A DNA stretch of 47,577 bases from a virus (Duplodnaviria > Caudoviricetes), in IMG/VR virus record IMGVR_UViG_3300012948_000388, positions 1 to 47,577 of that record; one strand, 5' to 3'. The notes under the pieces are model-generated. The model worked only from the letters and a program-made list of their open reading frames with translations. It was not told where the DNA came from and made no database searches. This document shows positions 42,645 through 47,577 of this stretch, one piece after another (within the stretch, counting starts at the first letter, position 1; the number at the start of each line of letters is the position of its first letter). A program made the position numbers and the translations under genes.

Positions 42645-43523
42645 ATGGCGCGGACGCGCGGCGTGGCGGGTGCCCTCGGGACGGCGCTGGTCGACGAGCC
42701 GGCGACCCACGTCGTCGCCGGCGGCGTGCTCGCGGTCGCGCTCTGGCTGCTGCTGGTCGCCTCGGCCCAGGTGCCGGCCGTGCGCGCCGTGATCGGTCCG
42801 GCGCCGAGCGACGACTGGTGGCGTCGGGAGGGCGCGGCCGAGGAGGAGACGCGGATCGCCGCGTCGGCGGAATCGGTCCGCGACGACTGGATGCGGGAGG
42901 CGACGACGGCGGCGACGCTGCTCGCGCCCGTGGTCGAGGGGCGGCTGATGCCGGACCACGACGACGAGACGACGGGCACCACCAGCGATCCCGCGACGCG
43001 CGCGCCGACGCTCGCGGGCGGTGCCGGGACGGCGACGCTGGCGGCGCCGATCGTCGCGTCGTCGTCGTCGGTCCCAGCGGGCGGTCAGCCGTCGGCGCTC
43101 GGCGTGGCACCGGGCGCGGGCTCGGTCACGGGAAGCGTCGTCCAGCGCGCACCCGACGCGTTCGCGCCGGTCGTCTCTCAGCCGATCGTGACGGCGACGC
43201 CCTGGCCGTCGACGAACGCGCCGCCGCCGATCGCGACGCCCGTCGTCGTCCCGGCGGTCCCGGTCGTCGTCCCGCCACCGGCGCCGCCCGCGCAGCCGCT
43301 CCCCGTTCCGGCGGTCGGCACGCCGCCCGCGCCGACCGCCGCGCCAGCACCACCGACGCGGGCGTCGCCACCGGCGCCACGACCGCCCCCGACCGCGCGA
43401 CCGCCACCGGCGCCGACGCCCGCGCCGCCGCCCGCGAGCGGACCGGGCAAGAGCAAGAACGGCCCGCCCGGGCCGACGGGCAACCCCAACCACGGCCGCG
43501 CGCCGCCCGGCAAGGGCAGGTGA
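42645..43523 (+). CDS. Membrane-anchored Pro-rich protein
   Basis: N-terminal TM helix, long P/A/T-rich tail. Confidence 0.6.
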   Translation: MARTRGVAGALGTALVDEPATHVVAGGVLAVALWLLLVASAQVPAVRAVIGPAPSDDWWRREGAAEEETRIAASAESVRDDWMREATTAATLLAPVVEGRLMPDHDDETTGTTSDPATRAPTLAGGAGTATLAAPIVASSSSVPAGGQPSALGVAPGAGSVTGSVVQRAPDAFAPVVSQPIVTATPWPSTNAPPPIATPVVVPAVPVVVPPPAPPAQPLPVPAVGTPPAPTAAPAPPTRASPPAPRPPPTARPPPAPTPAPPPASGPGKSKNGPPGPTGNPNHGRAPPGKGR

Positions 43524-43526
43524 GAC

Positions 43527-43841
43527 GTGGAGGGGGTGCAGCTGACCGGCACGACGATGACGGTCGTGGTCGCCGTGATCGGCAGCCTGGCGGGCGCGAT
43601 CTCGTACCTCCTGAAGGCGCTCCTGGCGGCCAAGGACGTCCAGATCGCCTCGGTGACGCGCGAGATGGAGCAGCAGCGCGCGGTGATGATCGCCCAGATC
43701 GAGACGCTGAAGCTCGACCGCGACTACTTCCGCGAGCTGGTGATGGGCGAGCGCGCCGCGCGGTCGCGGCGCCGGCCGACGGCCGAGGAGGACGACGACG
43801 ACGCGACGCCGGGCGGTCCGCGCCGCCTCGACCGTCGATAA
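43527..43841 (+). CDS. Holin-like TM + coiled-coil protein
   Basis: TVVVAVIGSLAGAISYLL then coiled coil; end of the lysis block. Confidence 0.65.
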   Translation: MEGVQLTGTTMTVVVAVIGSLAGAISYLLKALLAAKDVQIASVTREMEQQRAVMIAQIETLKLDRDYFRELVMGERAARSRRRPTAEEDDDDATPGGPRRLDRR

Positions 43842-43884
43842 CGCGGACTCGTCAGCCGGGGCGCGCGTGCGCTAGTATCGGTGC

Positions 43885-44065
43885 TGCCTGCGTGGTGCTG
43901 GTGCGCCGCGTCGGGACGCCACGGGCTTTAGGCGTGGCCGACGCGCCGCGACGGGCCGGACGGTTCCGCAGCTCCTGTCGGGACCGCGCCGGCCCGTCGA
44001 ACGCCCGGGGCTTGACGATAAGTCAGCGCCGACGCGCCAGGATCGCGCCAGGACGTCGCCAGGCG
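43885..44065 (+). ncRNA. Candidate structured small RNA (3' end approximate)
   Basis: TAGTAT -10 at 43873-43878; stems 43907-43914/43938-43945 and 43949-43959/43989-43999 with nested stems; sits in a convergent gap. Confidence 0.5.
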
Positions 44066-44102
44066 CGGAACGTCTGATTTGGTGTCCCCGCGCGCGGGAT
44101 CG

Positions 44103-44360
44103 TCAGATCCCGCGCGAACGTCGTCCACGCGACGGCGGGCGCGATCTGGCACGAGGGCGCGGCTCGACGAGGACCGAGAGGTCGAGCGTCAAGAGGCAGC
44201 CGTCGAAGGCGTACGGAATCGGCTGATCGGCGACGCCGGCGACGGCGAGGTAGCCCTCGTCGTCGATCGCGACGAGCGCGATGACGGTCGGCTTGATCTC
44301 GCTGAGGAGCGCGCGCAGGCGCGGGTCGACGTCGGACGCGCTCACCAGGCGCGCCACCAC
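44103..44360 (-). CDS. Hypothetical protein
   Basis: GC3-biased ORF continuing the leftward operon. Confidence 0.6.
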   Translation of the reverse strand: MVARLVSASDVDPRLRALLSEIKPTVIALVAIDDEGYLAVAGVADQPIPYAFDGCLLTLDLSVLVEPRPRARSRPPSRGRRSRGI

Positions 44361-44860
44361 GGACGGGCGCGGCGCGCGGTTCGTAGCGTCTCGAGCGCGG
44401 CGCGCAGCTGATCGCGCTCGGCGCGCAGCTGGTCGCGCTCGCTCTCGGCGCGGACGGCGCGCTCGGCGGTCGCGCGGCTCTCGGCGGCGACGCGCTCGAT
44501 CGCGGCGCCGACCTCGCGCGCGAGCACGAGCGCGGGGGCCGACGCGCGAGCCGCCAGGTCAGCGACCGTCACGTCACCGGGCGTTACGTCACACGCGCGG
44601 TCGATCGCCGTCACGTCACCGGGCGTCACGTCACCGACGCCGTTCAGCGCCGTCACGACACGCGCCGTCACGTCGTCGTCGACCCAGACCTCGAACGTCA
44701 TGCCCTGCGGGCGCTCGACGACGCGGAACGCCGTCAGCTCGCCGCGATGGATCGCGCGCCGCAGCTGGTGCGCCGGCCGGCCGAGGTAGGGCGCGGCCTG
44801 ACGCAGCGGCAGGTAGCGTCCGGCGCGCGCGCCGTCGGAACGCGGACTCGTCTCGGTCAT
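44342..44860 (-). CDS. HTH + coiled-coil protein with C-terminal RPWW motif (partition-like)
   Basis: YLPLRQAAPYLG..LRRAIHRGEL; AESERDQLRAERDQLRAALE; RPWWRAW; TGcTACACT promoter at 44889-44881. Confidence 0.75.
   Translation of the reverse strand: MTETSPRSDGARAGRYLPLRQAAPYLGRPAHQLRRAIHRGELTAFRVVERPQGMTFEVWVDDDVTARVVTALNGVGDVTPGDVTAIDRACDVTPGDVTVADLAARASAPALVLAREVGAAIERVAAESRATAERAVRAESERDQLRAERDQLRAALETLRTARRARPWWRAW
44568..44671. repeat. Intragenic GTCAC repeat array
   Basis: About nine GTCAC units, several as CGTCACGTCACCG. Confidence 0.75.
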
Positions 44861-44890
44861 CGGCGGGGAGGAGCGCGGCGAGTGTAGCAC

Positions 44891-44962
44891 GTCACCGGCG
44901 GTCACCTGTGACGTGACGTCACCTCCGTCGCGTGCGGTGACGTGACGTGACGTCACCGTCAC
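44891..44962. repeat. Intergenic GTCAC/GTGAC array (10 units in 72 bp)
   Basis: Units at 44891, 44901, 44908, 44913, 44918, 44937, 44942, 44947, 44952, 44958. Confidence 0.85.
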
Positions 44963-44972
44963 GTGGCGCGCC

Positions 44973-45173
44973 TCAGATCAGGCGCGGACCGCGCGCCGAC
45001 CAGCCGACGACGATCCAGACGCGACCGCAGCGTGGCGTCGTGCAGATGAAGCGGTCGGCGGCGCGCGGATCGGTCACGCGCCGCAGCGGGTGACGGCAGT
45101 CGGGGCACTGCCAGGGCGTGGGTTCCCAGTCGCGCGCGAGCGCGGCGCGCTCGTCGGGGCGCAGCGCGCTCAC
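44973..45173 (-). CDS. Zn-ribbon protein
   Basis: CPDC...FICTTPRCG; GTGA overlap. Confidence 0.65.
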   Translation of the reverse strand: MSALRPDERAALARDWEPTPWQCPDCRHPLRRVTDPRAADRFICTTPRCGRVWIVVGWSARGPRLI

Positions 45174-45604
45174 CGCCGCCGTTCCTTTCGACGAGCGACG
45201 GCAGCGCGATTGCACGCGCGGCAGTGGCGCACGAGATGACCACGTCTAAGACAGACGTAGGTGTTGTCGTCGTCGAACGGATGCCCGTTGACGCAGTGCG
45301 TCTTCTTGGCGTTCAGGGCCGGAAGTCCATTGCTTCGCAGCGTGTTGAGACGAGGGGTAACCGCTTCGAGATGGGCCGGATTGACGCAGGCTCGGTTGCG
45401 GCATAGATGATCGATCTCCAGCCCTTCCGGAATCGGCCCGAACGCGAGCTCGTACGCAATGCGGTGGGCCCCTAGTACGCGACGACCGACGCCGACCTGT
45501 CCGTATCCCCCGCTATCGAGCTTTCGTCGCCACTCCCAGCATCCCGACGGCATGCGCTCGCTGTTGTCGGTCAGACGCTCGGACAGCGGCTTGAAGGGAG
45601 GCAT
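45170..45604 (-). CDS. HNH homing endonuclease
   Basis: GCWEW..GYG..AHRIAY..DHLCRNRACVNPAHLE..KTHCVNGH; lower GC than its neighbours. Confidence 0.92.
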   Translation of the reverse strand: MPPFKPLSERLTDNSERMPSGCWEWRRKLDSGGYGQVGVGRRVLGAHRIAYELAFGPIPEGLEIDHLCRNRACVNPAHLEAVTPRLNTLRSNGLPALNAKKTHCVNGHPFDDDNTYVCLRRGHLVRHCRACNRAAVARRKERRR

Positions 45605-45837
45605 TAGCGTCGCCAGCCGAGCAGGCGGCGCGCGCGGACGACGGCCGTCTCGAGCGCGTCCAGATCGGCGGCCAGGTGGGCGGCCGTGATCGTGCGTCGA
45701 ACGCCGTCGATCGACGCCTCGACGTCGGGCAGCGGGATCCGCTCCTGGACCGCGACGCGCTGCAGGGCGCAGAACGCGGTCGCGGCCGAGGTCAGCCGCT
45801 CGAGGTCGTCGCGGTCGACCCGGACGGCGCGGCTCAC
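45604..45837 (-). CDS. Hypothetical helical protein
   Basis: GTGA overlap with the repressor, TAATG coupling to the HNH. Confidence 0.7.
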   Translation of the reverse strand: MSRAVRVDRDDLERLTSAATAFCALQRVAVQERIPLPDVEASIDGVRRTITAAHLAADLDALETAVVRARRLLGWRR

Positions 45838-46625
45838 CCGGCGCGGACCGCGATCTCGGGCCGGGGGTTGCCGGATCGGCGGGTCGCGTCGGCGGCGGCG
45901 AGCAGCTCGGCGACCGGGGTCGCGCCGCGCGCGACGCGCTGGCGCCGCTCGACGACGACGCCGACGACGCGCGAGGTCACCGCCCGGTCGACGGCGCCGT
46001 CGGGGTCGGCGATCACGGGGCGGCCGTCGCGGGCGCCGACGACGCGGCGCACGAAGAGCGTGCCGCGCCCGCGCACGAGCACGAGGTCGCCCAGGCGCGG
46101 GGCGGCGTCCTGGTCGACGACGGCGTCGTCGCCGTCGCGCAGCTGGGGCGCGAAGCCGTCGCCGGCGACCGCGACGACGAGCAGCTTGTGCCCCTCCTCG
46201 CCCGGCTGCGGGGCGTAGATCCAGAAGGTGGGCGCGGCCTCGCCGGCGCGGCGGATCGAGGCCGCCGTCGTCGAGGCCGGCGTCGGCGGTCGCGGCAGCG
46301 CGACGGGCAGGTGGTGGCGCACGAGCAGCGCCAGCTCGCTGAGCAGCGCGCGCGGGTCGGGGCCGCGCGCCGGGCCGGCGGCGTTCATCAGCGCCCAGAC
46401 CGGGACGTCCAGCTCGGCGGCGATGCGGTGGACGAAGCTCGCGCGCGGGTCGGCGATCTGACCGGACTCGAGCCGGCTCATGACGCTCGGGCTGACGCCG
46501 ACCCGGTGGGCGAGCAGCGCCTGGGACAGGCCGCGCTCCTCGCGCCAGCGCTTGACCTCGGCGCCGATGCGCGCCGTCGGACCGGGCTCGGTCGTGCTGG
46601 GGATCGACTCCTTGCGCGTGGACAC
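45834..46625 (-). CDS. CI-like repressor (XRE HTH + degenerate S24 domain)
   Basis: VKRWREERGLSQALLAHRVGVSPSVMSRLESG; VAGDGFAP.LRDGD..VVD..GDLVLV..FVRR; GGAGGAGG RBS. Confidence 0.85.
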   Translation of the reverse strand: MSTRKESIPSTTEPGPTARIGAEVKRWREERGLSQALLAHRVGVSPSVMSRLESGQIADPRASFVHRIAAELDVPVWALMNAAGPARGPDPRALLSELALLVRHHLPVALPRPPTPASTTAASIRRAGEAAPTFWIYAPQPGEEGHKLLVVAVAGDGFAPQLRDGDDAVVDQDAAPRLGDLVLVRGRGTLFVRRVVGARDGRPVIADPDGAVDRAVTSRVVGVVVERRQRVARGATPVAELLAAADATRRSGNPRPEIAVRAG

Positions 46626-46739
46626 GACGACGGTGACCTCCTCCTCCGCGCTCCCGTGCCGCGAGCGCACGACCGCGTTGGCGGCCGGCATCCCGCGCGC
46701 CGGCCGGACAGTCACGCGCCGCGACGCCGCGACGAGGCG

Positions 46740-46811
46740 ATGGTAACAGCGCCGCGCCGTGCGGGGCAATACTGCGCGCGCTGTCAAGTAGTTGACGGAA
46801 CGACGTATAAT
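46740..46811. promoter_or_regulatory. Divergent switch control region
   Basis: TATAAT 46806-46811 (+); TTGCCC-N18-TACCAT (-); inverted repeat GTCAA-gtag-TTGAC 46783-46796. Confidence 0.6.
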
Positions 46812-46855
46812 ACGCTCGGCCTTTGACGGCGCCCGACGAAGGAGGACCAACGATC

Positions 46856-47119
46856 GTGCCCCCATCCACGCTCACCATGCGGACCCGGCGCATGCTCGCG
46901 ATCGAGCAGGCGCACGGGCAGCCGATCGACAAGCTGCTGGTCGCGCTGGTCAACCGGACCGGCTCGCTCGCCGGCGCGGCGGCCGAGCTGGGGATCCCGA
47001 CCTCGACGGCGCGGCTCTGGTGCTGGCGCCTGGGGATCCTGCTCTCGACGCGGCGCTCGGTGACGGCGGCGATGACGCTGCGCGAGCGGGCGCGGCAGGA
47101 GCGGGCGCGATCGGCGTAG
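46856..47119 (+). CDS. Cro-like HTH protein
   Basis: AAGGAGG RBS; SLAGAAAELGIPTSTARLW; divergent from the CI-like gene. Confidence 0.75.
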   Translation: MPPSTLTMRTRRMLAIEQAHGQPIDKLLVALVNRTGSLAGAAAELGIPTSTARLWCWRLGILLSTRRSVTAAMTLRERARQERARSA

Positions 47120-47256
47120 GATCGGCGTAGACTAGGCGACCGCGCCGCCGCCCGTGCGGCGCGCCGCCGAGCATTCCCGGACACCAACGGGACGTTGCGG
47201 GCAAGACACGGGGCCGGGGGGGCGGCCACCACGACGGACGAATAGGAGCACCACGG

Positions 47257-47577
47257 ATGCAGGACGAGACGAAACGGTTCTGGATGAGACCCAGCGTCGG
47301 ACCGATGACGGACGGCGCGATCACGCGGGGCGGCTGGTGGTTACGCGACGGACCGCCGGCTGACCGCGATCCGGGAGAGACCTGGATCGGCGACGACGAG
47401 ATGGCGCACACGAGCGCGCTGGGGTTCAAGCTGCTGATGTCGCTGCGCAGCGACTTCGTCACCGGGCGCGTCTCGCCGGCGACACCGGAGGAGGTCGCGG
47501 CGCGCTTGACCATCCCCGGTGACCGCGTGAGCGTCGCGCACGCTCGACGCGCCGTCGCCGAGCTGATCGCGAGCGGC
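47257..47577 (+). CDS. Partial winged-HTH protein, possible replication initiator
   Basis: AGGAG RBS; open to the window end; SPATPEEVAARL..ARRAVAELIASG. Confidence 0.5.
   Translation, partial: MQDETKRFWMRPSVGPMTDGAITRGGWWLRDGPPADRDPGETWIGDDEMAHTSALGFKLLMSLRSDFVTGRVSPATPEEVAARLTIPGDRVSVAHARRAVAELIASG

Larger units (their letters stand above)
1..47577. mobile_element. Tailed phage (siphovirus-type), partial genome or prophage
   Basis: Ordered TerS-TerL-portal-protease-capsid-neck-tail tube-chaperone-tape measure-fibre-endolysin block, plus a CI/Cro-like switch; no host housekeeping genes. Confidence 0.96.

Noticed and set aside
43885-44065. tRNA, tmRNA or intrinsic terminator
   Set aside because: No cloverleaf or T-loop, and the hairpins lack U-tracts; a bidirectional terminator role cannot be fully excluded
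44861-44962. N-terminal extension of the HTH-coiled-coil protein to GTG 44962
   Set aside because: The region is the repeat array plus an extended -10 box; ATG 44860 is the more plausible start
1-47577. Integrase, att site or terminal repeats
   Set aside because: No tyrosine or serine recombinase motifs were seen and the window ends do not overlap; they may lie outside the window

Overview
Most of a very GC-rich (roughly 75% by eye) temperate-looking siphovirus or prophage genome, cut at both ends. Left arm (1-14.3 kb): about 35 small accessory genes, many of them Zn-ribbon proteins, in cassettes driven by six copies of one promoter/operator unit (TTGCAT-N17-TACAAT around a GTAGCGCTAC palindrome). 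14.4-17.3 kb: a candidate DNA-modification module (QueF-like T-fold protein, ParB-N protein, two TET-associated-type glycosyltransferases). 17.3-43.8 kb: packaging, head, tail and lysis genes. The large terminase carries a 301-aa intein whose LAGLIDADG endonuclease is encoded as a separate nested gene in the +1 frame. 43.9-47.6 kb: a structured ncRNA candidate whose 5' end is complementary to the early-transcript leaders, a partition-like HTH gene with GTCAC repeat arrays, an HNH, a CI-like/Cro-like switch and the start of a probable replication initiator. No integrase, tRNA, CRISPR array or reverse transcriptase was seen. All family calls come from reading motifs by eye, not from database searches.
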